Notes under the pieces: generated by a model
What the model saw: only the letters and a program-made list of their open reading frames with translations
Database searches by the model: none
Told to the model about the DNA's origin: nothing
Made by a program: the position numbers and the translations under genes
Assembly (NCBI GenBank): GCA_016839585.1
Contig: JAEOTZ010000058.1
Coordinates: 32,001-96,000 of the forward strand
Source: Promethearchaeota archaeon
GTDB taxonomy: Archaea; Asgardarchaeota; Lokiarchaeia; Sigyniarchaeales; SOKP01
Direction of reading: 5' to 3'
DNA: 64,000 nucleotides
Shown: positions 29,492-40,019 of the stretch, in pieces
Numbering within the stretch: the first letter of the stretch is position 1
Layout: each line of letters opens with the position of its first letter

Positions 29492-30973
29492 ATGGAAATC
29501 TATAATTACATGGGATATGAATTAATCGAAAAAATAAGAAGCAAAGAAATCACAATTCAAGAAGTTATCCAACAGACTTATGAGAGAATTGAAGAAACAG
29601 AGGAACTTTTACATTCTTTCGTTTATTTATCAAAAGAGAGAGCTTTGAAGAGAGCTAAAAATTTAGATGCTCAATTAAAGAATGGTAAAACCACTGGAAA
29701 AGTTCTTGGATTACCAATTGGTGTAAAAGATCTTATATGTATAAAGGATAGCCCTACTACTTGTGGTTCAAAAATATTAGAAGAATATCGACCTCCTTAT
29801 AATGCAACTGTTATAGATTATTTAATTGAAAGGGAAGGAGCTATTTCTGTAGGACGAACAAATATGGATGAATTTGCTATGGGTTCTTCAACAGAAAATA
29901 GCAGTTATGGTCCAACCTATAACCCATGGGATTTAGAGCGAGTTCCTGGAGGATCTAGCGGTGGTTCTAGTTCGTGTGTCGCATCAGGACAGACACCTAT
30001 CTCCTTAGGAAGCGATACTGGTGGTAGTATCAGGTGTCCTGCCGCATATTGTGGAATTGTTGGTATAAAACCCACCTATGGAAGGGTCTCCAGATATGGA
30101 TTAGTATCTTATGCTAACTCCTTAGATCAAATTGGCCCATTAGGGCGATGCGTATATGATGTAGCACTAATACTCGAAATAATCGCAGGGTATGATCCTT
30201 TAGATTCAACAACCGTAGATATAGGAGTTGATGAGTATACAAAAGAACTAAATAGATCTATAGAAAAAAAGACTCTTGGTATCCCGAAGGAATTTTTTGG
30301 AGAGGGTTTACAGAAAGATGTTAAAGAAAAAGTAAAAAAATCAATAAATAAGTTAGAGGGCTTAGGAGCAAATGTAGTGGATCTTTCATTCCCTCACTTA
30401 GAGTATACAATTCCTACATATTATTTAATAGCAATGAGCGAAGCTAGTTCAAATTTAGAACGGTATGATGGATTAAGATATGGAAAGATGAGTGATGATT
30501 TAAAAGGAGATGTATATGAAGTATTTAGTAGAACACGTGGTGAGAGATTTGGATCAGAAGTAAGAAGGCGAATTATCCTTGGTACATATACACTATCAGC
30601 GGGATATTACGATATGTTTTATATTAAGGCATTGAAAGTAAGGACTCTAATTAAGAAGGATTTCCAAAACGCTTTTGAACAATGTGATGCGATAGTATGT
30701 CCAACAATGCCAACTACAGCATTTAAAATAGGAGAATTAGTTGATGATCCTTTGCAAATGTACTTAATGGATGTGTTAACATGTCCGGTAAATCTCGCAG
30801 GATTACCAGGACTCTCCATTCCTTGCGATTATGATAACAAAGGACTTCCTATTGGGTTTCAAATTATTGGAAATTATTTTGATGAAAAGACAATTTTAAA
30901 TATTGGGTATCAACTTGAACAAGAGTTAAATATATATCGTAAGATTCCCCCATTAACAATTAGAGGTAATTAA
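29492..30973 (+). CDS. gatA: Asp/Glu-tRNA amidotransferase subunit A
   Basis: NMDEFAMGSSTE, PGGSSGGS, GSDTGGSIR, EASSNLERYDG. Confidence 0.95.
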   Translation: MEIYNYMGYELIEKIRSKEITIQEVIQQTYERIEETEELLHSFVYLSKERALKRAKNLDAQLKNGKTTGKVLGLPIGVKDLICIKDSPTTCGSKILEEYRPPYNATVIDYLIEREGAISVGRTNMDEFAMGSSTENSSYGPTYNPWDLERVPGGSSGGSSSCVASGQTPISLGSDTGGSIRCPAAYCGIVGIKPTYGRVSRYGLVSYANSLDQIGPLGRCVYDVALILEIIAGYDPLDSTTVDIGVDEYTKELNRSIEKKTLGIPKEFFGEGLQKDVKEKVKKSINKLEGLGANVVDLSFPHLEYTIPTYYLIAMSEASSNLERYDGLRYGKMSDDLKGDVYEVFSRTRGERFGSEVRRRIILGTYTLSAGYYDMFYIKALKVRTLIKKDFQNAFEQCDAIVCPTMPTTAFKIGELVDDPLQMYLMDVLTCPVNLAGLPGLSIPCDYDNKGLPIGFQIIGNYFDEKTILNIGYQLEQELNIYRKIPPLTIRGN

Positions 30974-30974
30974 T

Positions 30975-32438
30975 TTGAGCGATACTCCCCAAGATGTTAT
31001 TATAGGGTTAGAAGTTCATATCCAACTTGCAAATTTGAAAACAAAATTATTCTGTAGTTGTAGCAGTGATTATCGTAGTGCAGAACCGAATACACACGTA
31101 TGCCCTATTTGTCTCGGATTACCTGGTTCACTTCCGGTAATAAATAAAAAATCTATAGAATTTGCTACTAGATTAGCTTTAGCTTTAAACTGCAAAATAA
31201 ATCCTAAATTTTGGTTCTTTAGAAAGAATTATTTTTACGTTGACCTACCGAAGGGATACCAGATTAGCCAGTATAATAAGGCAGGAGGTAAAGCTTTTGC
31301 TGATGGTGGGAAAGTTACGATAAAAATAAACTCCTCTAAGAAAGAGATCCTTTTAAATCGAATACATCTTGAAGAGGATCCGGCAAGATTGGTTCATAAG
31401 GGAAGTATTAGAACATCACCCTATACTTTAGTGGACTATAATCGTTCAGGGATTACTTTAATTGAAACAGTAACAGAACCAGTCCTGAGTTCACCAGCAG
31501 AAGCAAGAGAGTTCCTAAATCAGCTTAAACTGATTGTGCAGTATACTGGAATTTCAGACTTAAGTTTAGAGGGTACTTTGAGAGTAGATGCGAATATTTC
31601 AATCAAAGGACATCCCAGAGCGGAAGTGAAAAATATTACCAGTTTTAAAGAAGTTGAAAGCGCCTTAATATATGAAATAACTAGGCAAAAACATGAAATA
31701 AAAAAAGGAAAAGAGATTATGCAAGAAACAAGACATTGGGATGGAAGAGTTACTATACCATTGAGAACAAAAGAGTTTGAAAAAGATTATAGATATTTTC
31801 CAGAACAAGATTTAGTTCCTATTGTAATCAAGAAAGAATTTATTGACGAAATAAAAGACTATTTGCCAGAAATGCCAAATGAAAGAGTTTTACGCCTTCA
31901 AAAACAATATATGTTATCTGAGTTTGACGCTGAAAATCTAATCCTGGACAAGTATATTGCTGATTTTTATGAAAACGGAGTTAACAAAGACCCTACATTT
32001 GGTCCTGATGAATATAAATTGTATTGCAATTGGCTTATGAATAATATTGTTGGTTGGTTAAATGAAAATAACAAAAAAATCGATGAAACTAAACTAAAAC
32101 CAAGTCACATTATAGATTTAATTTCGAATATTAAAAAGGGAAACATTACTACTAAAATCGCAAAAACTCTCATAGGTGATATGATGAAAGGAAACTCTAT
32201 CTCAAAAATGATTAAAGATAAGGGTAAAAAACGGATTTCAGAAGAAACTATCATTGAGGAATATTCCCGAGAAGTGATTGATGAAAATCCTAGGATTATA
32301 GAAGATTGTCGCAAAAATCCTAAAGCAATAGAAGCTTTAATTGGAAGAGTCATGGGAAAAACTAAAGGGCAGGCAGATCCTAAAATAACAAGAAAGATAA
32401 TGATTATACTTTTAAGGAATATGAGGATTATCGATTAA
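30975..32438 (+). CDS. gatB: Asp/Glu-tRNA amidotransferase subunit B
   Basis: IGLEVHIQL, RKNYFYVDLPKGYQISQ, HLEED, DYRYFPE. Confidence 0.95.
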   Translation: MSDTPQDVIIGLEVHIQLANLKTKLFCSCSSDYRSAEPNTHVCPICLGLPGSLPVINKKSIEFATRLALALNCKINPKFWFFRKNYFYVDLPKGYQISQYNKAGGKAFADGGKVTIKINSSKKEILLNRIHLEEDPARLVHKGSIRTSPYTLVDYNRSGITLIETVTEPVLSSPAEAREFLNQLKLIVQYTGISDLSLEGTLRVDANISIKGHPRAEVKNITSFKEVESALIYEITRQKHEIKKGKEIMQETRHWDGRVTIPLRTKEFEKDYRYFPEQDLVPIVIKKEFIDEIKDYLPEMPNERVLRLQKQYMLSEFDAENLILDKYIADFYENGVNKDPTFGPDEYKLYCNWLMNNIVGWLNENNKKIDETKLKPSHIIDLISNIKKGNITTKIAKTLIGDMMKGNSISKMIKDKGKKRISEETIIEEYSREVIDENPRIIEDCRKNPKAIEALIGRVMGKTKGQADPKITRKIMIILLRNMRIID

Positions 32439-32463
32439 AAAAGAGAAAAAATTTTATTATATA

Positions 32464-32826
32464 CTAAATTAAGCTGCTAAGTGCTTCAGCAGCAGCAGCT
32501 AATTTTAAATTAATTATACCTAATCTTGCATCGACAGTCGCAATTATTGTAAGAATATTTCCTTTAATTTCGCTAAAAAGTATTTTTCCCTTCTCAGATT
32601 CTATTATTGCGCTGTTAAATGATCCTTGTTCTAATTCTTTCGTAGCACGTTGACTTGCTTTTAGGATAAGCGTGACCATTGCAGCCACGGCTTCGGGATC
32701 TACCCATCCTGGTAAAGCACTACCCTTAATCAATCCAAATTTTTCTATAATAGCAGCTCCATGAACTCCTTTTATAGATTTAAGAGAATCTAAAATTTTT
32801 GATATTTGATCACTCATAGAACTCAA
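32464..32826 (-). CDS. roadblock/LC7 domain protein
   Basis: IKGVHGAAII..GLI..S.LP..VDPEAVAAM, ARLGII. Confidence 0.88.
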   Translation of the reverse strand: MSSMSDQISKILDSLKSIKGVHGAAIIEKFGLIKGSALPGWVDPEAVAAMVTLILKASQRATKELEQGSFNSAIIESEKGKILFSEIKGNILTIIATVDARLGIINLKLAAAAEALSSLI

Positions 32827-32932
32827 TTTATTTTATTATATTAAGATAATTAATTCTATAATTATATGTTAGATTTAATATATTTAAGTATTAAAAGTTT
32901 TGAGATTTTGATTAGTTAGGAAAAGGATTCAC

Positions 32933-34078
32933 ATGGGAACCATTATTTATCGTCATTACAAATCTGGGGATGATCAACAATTAGCTAATTTATTTAATAT
33001 TACATTTCAACAGGGAGGTGGTGGTTTTATTAGAACCCCAAAAAGTTGGGCTTGGAGATATATTCAATCACCTGGTTTTGAACCAGAGATGTGTCAAATT
33101 GCAGAAGATATTGACAAGAAAATAATTGTAGGTGCTGTTTACGCTAATCTAATTGAAAAAATTCCTTTAGGTAATAGTGAATATTTGGTAGGAGAAATTA
33201 ATGATGTATCTTGTCATCCAGAGTATGCAAGGAAAGGTATAGCAACTAATTTAATGAAAATGGCAATTGAATATATGCAAAAAAAGGGATGTGATATATC
33301 GATACTATCAACAGGTCTTAAGGGTTTTGCTCGGAAAAAGCTATACAAGAAATTGAATTATAAAGATGTAGATAAAGAAGTAATTTTCATACAACTCCCA
33401 AATATATTAAGGTTAGTACGAGACATATCTGCTTTTGCGATTTTTTTCCCCGCCTTATTGGTTTATTCTTATATTCCACGCTTTATTAACAGAATAAAAA
33501 TAAATTTTCATCCATCTTTTAAGAAATTTACTTTTGAAATTAATCATAATATAAATCATATTGAATATAAGAAAGCTGTAAATAAGATTCTGCCGAAATA
33601 TTATACAGGTTTTCCTAAATATAATAAAGGAAAATTTTTATGGTCGCGAGTTAAGGTTCCTGCTACAAGACATAGACCCACATATGTAATTATAAGAAAT
33701 AAAGGGGTGATTATTGGCGGAGCAGTAATTACGCATCAAAACTTCTATGCGTTTAAATATGGAATAAAAATGCGAATTGGATTAATTCATGAAATTTTTC
33801 TAGATAAGGATCAATTCAAAAATAGAACGGAGATATATTTAGGATATACCTATCTTATTGATAAAATTTTGAAGGCTGCAACGCAACGATTTCTAGGGAT
33901 TATAATTTATGAATCTACATCAAAAGATCATGATTTACATAGAGGTTTTAAATCCATGAATTTCTTAAAATTGGGAAACGACGTATTAATGATGAAAGTA
34001 TTAAATGAAAATACTAAACAACCGAAATTTAAAAAACCAAGTTTTATTTCTCCAAGTGTCTCAATTGGTGTTCCTTAA
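32933..34078 (+). CDS. GNAT family N-acetyltransferase
   Basis: VSCHPEYARKGIATNLM. Confidence 0.85.
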   Translation: MGTIIYRHYKSGDDQQLANLFNITFQQGGGGFIRTPKSWAWRYIQSPGFEPEMCQIAEDIDKKIIVGAVYANLIEKIPLGNSEYLVGEINDVSCHPEYARKGIATNLMKMAIEYMQKKGCDISILSTGLKGFARKKLYKKLNYKDVDKEVIFIQLPNILRLVRDISAFAIFFPALLVYSYIPRFINRIKINFHPSFKKFTFEINHNINHIEYKKAVNKILPKYYTGFPKYNKGKFLWSRVKVPATRHRPTYVIIRNKGVIIGGAVITHQNFYAFKYGIKMRIGLIHEIFLDKDQFKNRTEIYLGYTYLIDKILKAATQRFLGIIIYESTSKDHDLHRGFKSMNFLKLGNDVLMMKVLNENTKQPKFKKPSFISPSVSIGVP

Positions 34079-34099
34079 ATAGTTCTTGGAGTTTAATGA

Positions 34100-34315
34100 A
34101 TGATGAAATCATCTAAAAAACTTAAAGCTGAAATGGAAGAATTTATATATCAAATATGCGAGAAGGTGGGGGGGCCACGTCCACCTTGCAGTAATTTACC
34201 TGAAAATGCAAATGAAGATGTGATTGAAGCAAATCTAGATAAAGGTTTACTGAAAATAAAAATTCCTAAGAAAGAGATAAAAAAGAAGGTAAAGAAAGAA
34301 ATAGAAATTAAATAA
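34100..34315 (+). pseudogene. internally deleted Hsp20/alpha-crystallin remnant
   Basis: C-terminal LPENANEDVIEANLDKGLLKIKIPKK..IEI; domain core missing. Confidence 0.65.
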
Positions 34316-34453
34316 TTTATAAAAGGTTCACATAAATCGTAACAAATATTAAAAATCTTAATAAATAATCTAAAAATGAAATTATTTACATTTTTTTAAA
34401 AATTAAATATTGAGAATATTTAAAAAAAAATTTAAGTATAGAGGTGTGAAATA

Positions 34454-35098
34454 ATGGAAGAAGTTAAAAATGTTGAAAGATTAGCAAATGAAAATTCAAG
34501 TATAGCTATGAGTGAAAAAGAAACAGCAAATGAAATGAAAGCTTTGGTAAAACAAGAATTAAGAAGAGCTAAAGCACGAGAAATGTTAGTTAAAAATGAA
34601 ATTGAACTAGTAAAAATACGAGAACGATTGGCTGAGAAATCTAAGAAATTAGTAGACAAAAAAGAAAAAGTGAAGGATATTTTGAAATTTTCTGAAGGAA
34701 ATTTAAAAGCTGAAAAAAACCAAGCGATTTACAATGAGAAAATTGCTGAAATTCAGACAAAGATTGCTGAAATTCAGCGGAAGGTTGCGAATGTCGAAAC
34801 TGAAGTTGCTGAAGTAAAAGTAAAACTTGTTAATAAGAAGCTTGATGAAGCTAAAGAAAGAGGTAATCTAGCAAAAAAGCAATTTGCTTATGTAAAATTA
34901 GCAAATACTAATGCTCCTAGTGAGAAAATTTTTAGAACAGAGGAAGCATATCTTAGAATTCAGAAAGGTTTAACTAAATTTGAAATTGATGCGATGGATA
35001 TTAATAAAAATATCACAGAAAAACAGAATAAATTAGCTGATCTTAAGATGGAACTCTCAAATAAATTAGCAGAAAGAGAAAAAATCAGGCCTGTATAA
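34454..35098 (+). CDS. long coiled-coil protein
   Basis: K/E-rich heptads; GAGGTG RBS upstream. Confidence 0.8.
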   Translation: MEEVKNVERLANENSSIAMSEKETANEMKALVKQELRRAKAREMLVKNEIELVKIRERLAEKSKKLVDKKEKVKDILKFSEGNLKAEKNQAIYNEKIAEIQTKIAEIQRKVANVETEVAEVKVKLVNKKLDEAKERGNLAKKQFAYVKLANTNAPSEKIFRTEEAYLRIQKGLTKFEIDAMDINKNITEKQNKLADLKMELSNKLAEREKIRPV

Positions 35099-35185
35099 AC
35101 GAGTTCCGAAATAACTAATTAAATTATCTTTTTTTTTATTATATATTAAATTTAGAATATGAATAGGTAAAATTTGATAAAAATT

Positions 35186-35263
35186 ATGTATGATATTGTA
35201 ATAATTTGCGCCGGACCGGGGGGATATCATGCTGCAATTCTTAAAAATAATCCGGAAGGGTAG
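35186..35263 (+). pseudogene. N-terminal remnant of a dihydrolipoamide dehydrogenase-like flavoprotein
   Basis: MYDIVIICAGPGGYHAAI (cf. YDxxxIGAGPGGYxAAI), stop after 25 aa. Confidence 0.65.
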
Positions 35264-35327
35264 GATTATTAATTAAATATTAATATATCTTATTTATTTT
35301 AAAGTACATTTAGTAAGGTGATATGTA

Positions 35328-35564
35328 ATCACTGAAAAAGATACAAAAGCATTCAATATAATATTTGGTTGCGCTATAATTTTAATATCTTTAATAGTTT
35401 TGATATTTTCATCAGCAGCTTTATTAGCTATTATTTTATTATTATCTATTACGTTTATTATATTTGGGATGGGGATATTAACTGATTATTTTTTAGATAA
35501 AGAACTTAATAATTTTCAAGTTATTGCAAGATTCATTAAAGGATTAATCCCGAAGAAAACATAA
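35328..35564 (+). pseudogene. truncated paralog of the HdeD/DUF308 membrane protein at 40020-40574
   Basis: FNIIFGCAIILISLIVLIFSSAALLAIILLLSI aligns with SNIIFGAIIIILAVILIVYTTAAVLTLLFLLSI; AAGGTGA upstream; no ATG at the expected start. Confidence 0.55.
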
Positions 35565-35581
35565 TACAAGTTTAGCGATCT

Positions 35582-36490
35582 TTACATAATTTTATATTTA
35601 TAAATTATATTATAGACATCCTTGGCAAATTTAGGTTGAAAGCCAAAAATTTTTTGTGGACTAAACGTTAATAATCGAAATTTGACTATTATGCTTATAT
35701 TATAATTTACTATATCAAATTGAGGTTTTATTCGAAAGATGTTCTTTTGATTGTATAAATCACATAGTTCAGCCACTTTATTAATGATTACTCGAAATCC
35801 TTTATAAGGAAAAGCCATTCTAAAGGTATAGTTATATAACTTTGGATAGTACTTAGTCGAAAAGGATTCGTATGCTTTTTTTAAATTATCTTCAAATTCT
35901 TTTTTAGAATTCGAAATATCTTCATAAATGTCTTTAAAACCAATATCTTGGGGGGCTAAAATTTTGCTTTTGAAATCTTCAAAAGACTTCTTTTTACCAA
36001 GTTTAATTGTATAATTAACGATTTGTGAAGAAAGAACTTTACTATTAGATTTTTCAATTATAATATTATCAAATGTTTCTAATTTCGTTTTTGTTAAATT
36101 AATTTCACGCACAATTCCTTTATCACCTTCAATTTTAACCAAATCTTCAGCTTCAAAAGGTCTTAATAACATCAAAACAATCCCTGAAATAAAATTTGCG
36201 AATATACCGCTAGATGCAAATGCAATCGCAGTGCTAATTGCTCCAGTAAGTGCTGCTAAGTATGGTAGGTTTTCTTCTTTTGTCATTGAAGGAAACCCTT
36301 CAATGACAAAAAATACTATTATAAGTACTGTAACAATTTTTACAACAAAATTTAAGATAGTTTTTTGCTTTAAAGGTATTTTTTTACTTTTCCCTAATGT
36401 TGAAGAATACAACTTATTTATTAGATAGAAACCAGCCATAATAATTAAAAGATATATTAGTGCTTCTAAATCTGAACTAAATATTGCCAT
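35582..36490 (-). CDS. mechanosensitive ion channel MscS family protein
   Basis: AIAFASSGIFANFISGIVLMLLRPFEAEDLVKI. Confidence 0.88.
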   Translation of the reverse strand: MAIFSSDLEALIYLLIIMAGFYLINKLYSSTLGKSKKIPLKQKTILNFVVKIVTVLIIVFFVIEGFPSMTKEENLPYLAALTGAISTAIAFASSGIFANFISGIVLMLLRPFEAEDLVKIEGDKGIVREINLTKTKLETFDNIIIEKSNSKVLSSQIVNYTIKLGKKKSFEDFKSKILAPQDIGFKDIYEDISNSKKEFEDNLKKAYESFSTKYYPKLYNYTFRMAFPYKGFRVIINKVAELCDLYNQKNIFRIKPQFDIVNYNISIIVKFRLLTFSPQKIFGFQPKFAKDVYNIIYKYKIM

Positions 36491-36492
36491 TT

Positions 36493-37410
36493 TTAATCAA
36501 CCTCTAAGATATTTTTTGACTTATTTGTATCAGAAGAGTTCCATCCATAATTTATATCTGGTTCATAAATTTTAAATAGAAGATCTTTCAATAGGGGATC
36601 CGTATAGGTTAAGATTAATTTTGGATTCTCTGTGATAATTTGTATGGTAATACTTAATCGATTTGTGATCCCACTGACTGTATTATTTGCATAGAAATAT
36701 GGTCTTGTTCCAAAAATGGGCTCATACTTATCAAATATGGGCACTAATAATTCTTCAAGATTCTCTGGATCTATTGTACCTAAAAGTTCAACTACTTTAA
36801 TATAACGTGTAATTTTTTTTTCTCCAGTTATTAGTTTACCGAATTTTTTTACTACTTCCGAAATGTCTATTTTCTTTTCTTTTTTAATAGGTTTGTGAGT
36901 AAAGCGAACTACTGATGAGTTAAAAGCGTTTTTGTTGGGAATATAAGTAATAGAGCCGTCAAAATCTACTAGTTTCAAACTATTTAATGTTACTTCTTTA
37001 ACAATACCTTCAATTCCATTTGTTTCAATCAAATCACCTGCTTCAAAACCTTCTGATGATAAGAGCAATATCCCTGATGCAATGTTATTAATAATATTTT
37101 GAAATGTTAAAGATATTGCAACCACTAAAAATGATATAATTGCTACAAATAAAATCGGTGAAATAATGAAAATCAACCAAAATGGAAATATTAACCATAT
37201 TATGTTTATTATTATCATGGTTATATAACGAATGAGTAAATTTTTAATCAAACTATGAAATACATCATTTAATATTGATCTGACTACAAAAGCAGCCAAA
37301 TTTAAAAGTATTAAATTCAATAATAATTGCTCAAAGCCAAAATAAAAATAAATCAATACAAAAATTCCTATAACTGACATCCATATGATTATTTTATAAA
37401 TTCTTTTCAT
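36493..37410 (-). CDS. mechanosensitive ion channel MscS family protein
   Basis: SLTFQNIINNIASGILL..FEAGDLI..YIPN; start trimmed to ATG 37410. Confidence 0.88.
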   Translation of the reverse strand: MKRIYKIIIWMSVIGIFVLIYFYFGFEQLLLNLILLNLAAFVVRSILNDVFHSLIKNLLIRYITMIIINIIWLIFPFWLIFIISPILFVAIISFLVVAISLTFQNIINNIASGILLLSSEGFEAGDLIETNGIEGIVKEVTLNSLKLVDFDGSITYIPNKNAFNSSVVRFTHKPIKKEKKIDISEVVKKFGKLITGEKKITRYIKVVELLGTIDPENLEELLVPIFDKYEPIFGTRPYFYANNTVSGITNRLSITIQIITENPKLILTYTDPLLKDLLFKIYEPDINYGWNSSDTNKSKNILEVD

Positions 37411-37547
37411 ACGAAAACATATCTCCACAGTTTTTTTATATTGAGAATAAAGATTTTATATAAAAAGAATATAAGAAAACTTTTATTTTAAAAGTTGGTT
37501 TATTAAATTATTAGTTAATATTTACTCTATAGTTTAAGTGAGACAAT

Positions 37548-38639
37548 TTGAGAAGATTTTCTAGACCTTCAAGAAAAGCAATTTCTTCAAGTAAAAAGAA
37601 GAAAAAGGTTGGTCTTCCACCAGGAACTCTAATTTATACAGGAGATAAAGTAAAAGAAGAAACTAAAATTAAAATAACAGATTATACTGAAGATCAATTT
37701 AATTTTCAAGAATTTAAGGAAATTCAGATTGATCTTACTAAAATTGAAAAGCCATTAATTAAATGGATTGATATATATGGTCTTGCACAAGTAAAAGTTA
37801 TTGAAGAGATTGGGCGTCAATTTAGGTTACATCCTCTTGTTTTAGAAGATATTTTGAGCCCAAATCAACGACCTAAATTGGAAGATTATGGGAGCTATAT
37901 TTTTACGGTATTAAAAAAGTTAAGTTGGAATCAAGAACATGAGGATTTTGAATATGAACAAATTAGTTTAATCCTAGGAGAGAATTATGTAATATCATTC
38001 CAAGAGAGAGATACTAACCTTTTTAATCCCATTTACGAAAGGATTCAAGTTCCTAAAGGAAAAGTTCGATATATGGGCGCAGATTATTTATTTTATGTTT
38101 TAATTGATATTATAATTGATAATTATTTTATTGTATTAGAAAAGGTAGGCGAAGATATAGAAAATATTGAGGACATTTTGATTAAGAATCCTGAACCAGA
38201 AACTCTGCAACTTATTTATCGATTGAAAAGATCTTCGATTGATTTAAGAAAATCAATTTGGCCAATAAGAGAAATAATCAATAAATTGCAGCGTGAGCAA
38301 TCAAATCTAATCAAAGATGAATTGCAAATCTATTTAAGAGATCTATATGATCACATTTTTAGGATCAGTGATCTTTTAGAAAATTATCGGGATATCATTT
38401 TTGGGATGTTGGATATGTATTTATCAAGTGTTAGCAATAGGATGAATGATATTATGAAAGTTTTAACGATAATATCAACAATTTTCATACCATTATCATT
38501 TTTAGCAGGTTTTTACGGTATGAACTTCCTTTATATGCCCGAAATATCACAACCAAGTGCATACCCAATCCTAATAACAATAATGGTTGTAATAGTTCTT
38601 GTCATGGTGTATTTCTTTAAAAGAAAAAAATGGATATAA
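37548..38639 (+). CDS. corA: magnesium/cobalt transporter CorA
   Basis: GLPPGTLIYTG, HPLVLEDI, QRPKLE, FYGMNF. Confidence 0.95.
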   Translation: MRRFSRPSRKAISSSKKKKKVGLPPGTLIYTGDKVKEETKIKITDYTEDQFNFQEFKEIQIDLTKIEKPLIKWIDIYGLAQVKVIEEIGRQFRLHPLVLEDILSPNQRPKLEDYGSYIFTVLKKLSWNQEHEDFEYEQISLILGENYVISFQERDTNLFNPIYERIQVPKGKVRYMGADYLFYVLIDIIIDNYFIVLEKVGEDIENIEDILIKNPEPETLQLIYRLKRSSIDLRKSIWPIREIINKLQREQSNLIKDELQIYLRDLYDHIFRISDLLENYRDIIFGMLDMYLSSVSNRMNDIMKVLTIISTIFIPLSFLAGFYGMNFLYMPEISQPSAYPILITIMVVIVLVMVYFFKRKKWI

Positions 38640-38661
38640 AAATCTGTAAAAAATTTTTCTA

Positions 38662-39477
38662 TCAATTAATTTTTTTATGTAAAAGAGGCGTCCTAATATC
38701 TATATTATTTTCCTTACAAGCATCCAATACAGCTTTATGTAAATCAGATTCAATTAGAGGTAAGTCTTTAATATCTTTTATGAAAACATATAATCTATAT
38801 TCAACTGCATAATTCTGGAAGCTATTTATCCAAACATATGGTTTAGGGTCTTTTAATATTTGATGTAATTTATCTACAGCCTTTAATAAAACCTCTTCAA
38901 CTTTATTCCTATCTTCTTCAAATCCAGGTGTTATAGTCACATGTCTTCTGATAATCTCTTTTTTTCCAAAGTCATTAATCTCTTGTGATAACATCATTTG
39001 ATTTGGAACAGAAATCTTAATATTATCAAGGTCAAGCAATGTTGTATATATTAATTTTATTTCAGTAATATCTGCAATTTTTCCGTCATATAAGATTCTA
39101 TCTCCCACAGTAAAAGGTCTACTTACCATTATAATAATACCTGCTATCATATTGCCTAAAGTATTCATAGCAGCAAAACCAATTATGGTGCCCCCTACAA
39201 GAGTAAATAATGCAGTTATAAAGCCTAAACTTTCTGCGAATTGTATGAGAATAGCTGTTAAAATGATAAAAATAATGAGATATTTAATGACTTTAGTTAT
39301 ATTGTTTGCGGTATTTAATTCTAACTTCTCATGATCAACAAGGCTCAAAATTTGTCGTCTAAGAAAAAAATAAATAATATATCCTATTAGAATAGCTAAG
39401 ATGGAAACCACAATAGGCAAAAAATAAATGTTTAACCACTCCATAAATAGATCGAGAACATTTAATAAAATCAACAA
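38662..39477 (-). CDS. small-conductance mechanosensitive channel MscS
   Basis: IGFAAMNTLGNMIAGIIIMVSRPFTVGDRI, ISVPN. Confidence 0.92.
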   Translation of the reverse strand: MLILLNVLDLFMEWLNIYFLPIVVSILAILIGYIIYFFLRRQILSLVDHEKLELNTANNITKVIKYLIIFIILTAILIQFAESLGFITALFTLVGGTIIGFAAMNTLGNMIAGIIIMVSRPFTVGDRILYDGKIADITEIKLIYTTLLDLDNIKISVPNQMMLSQEINDFGKKEIIRRHVTITPGFEEDRNKVEEVLLKAVDKLHQILKDPKPYVWINSFQNYAVEYRLYVFIKDIKDLPLIESDLHKAVLDACKENNIDIRTPLLHKKIN

Positions 39478-39820
39478 ATCACCTGATTTTATTTTTTTTT
39501 AAATATTTAGTAATATTAAATTTAATTATTATAAATTATTCAAATTATTTCGAAAGATCAGCTAATCAAATCCTACTTCTTATCCAATATTAATTTTTTT
39601 AATGACACTTGTAGCGTTTACTATATTAATTTTCTTTAGAGAAAAAAATGACTAACAAATTTCAAATCGTAATTTTTCTTAACAATATATGAAGCTTAAA
39701 GGTAAGTGGATTACAACCTACCAACTAGTTTAGAATATTATGATAACAATAAATATAAGTAGGTTAATTCTGTTAATTTTTATAGTTGAGATTTAATTAA
39801 TTTATCCTAATCTTTGAAGA

Positions 39821-39964
39821 TACCTTAGAAATGCCTTAAACAAACTTGAATATACTTTAAACTTGTTGAAAAATTTTATATAAAAATTATCAGATAAAGA
39901 ATTTGATAAATATGTAAAGGAAATTTATGAAATTATTAGGGAAATTGTTATAAATGTTGGATGA
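39821..39964 (+). repeat. degenerate 144-bp direct duplicate of 41958-42101
   Basis: Both start TACCTTAGAAATGCCTTAAACAAACTTGAATATACTTTAAAC; this copy has an in-frame TAA. Confidence 0.9.
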
Positions 39965-40019
39965 GTTAGATTAGATTACGTCATAATCTTTCATCGGTGA
40001 AAAATAAAAAAAAAAAGAT

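Noticed and set aside
34157-34190. GC-rich hairpin (AAGGTGG/CCACCTT) in the Hsp20 remnant as a second intron
   Set aside because: No two-bulge/4-bp geometry, and the gene lacks sequence rather than having extra
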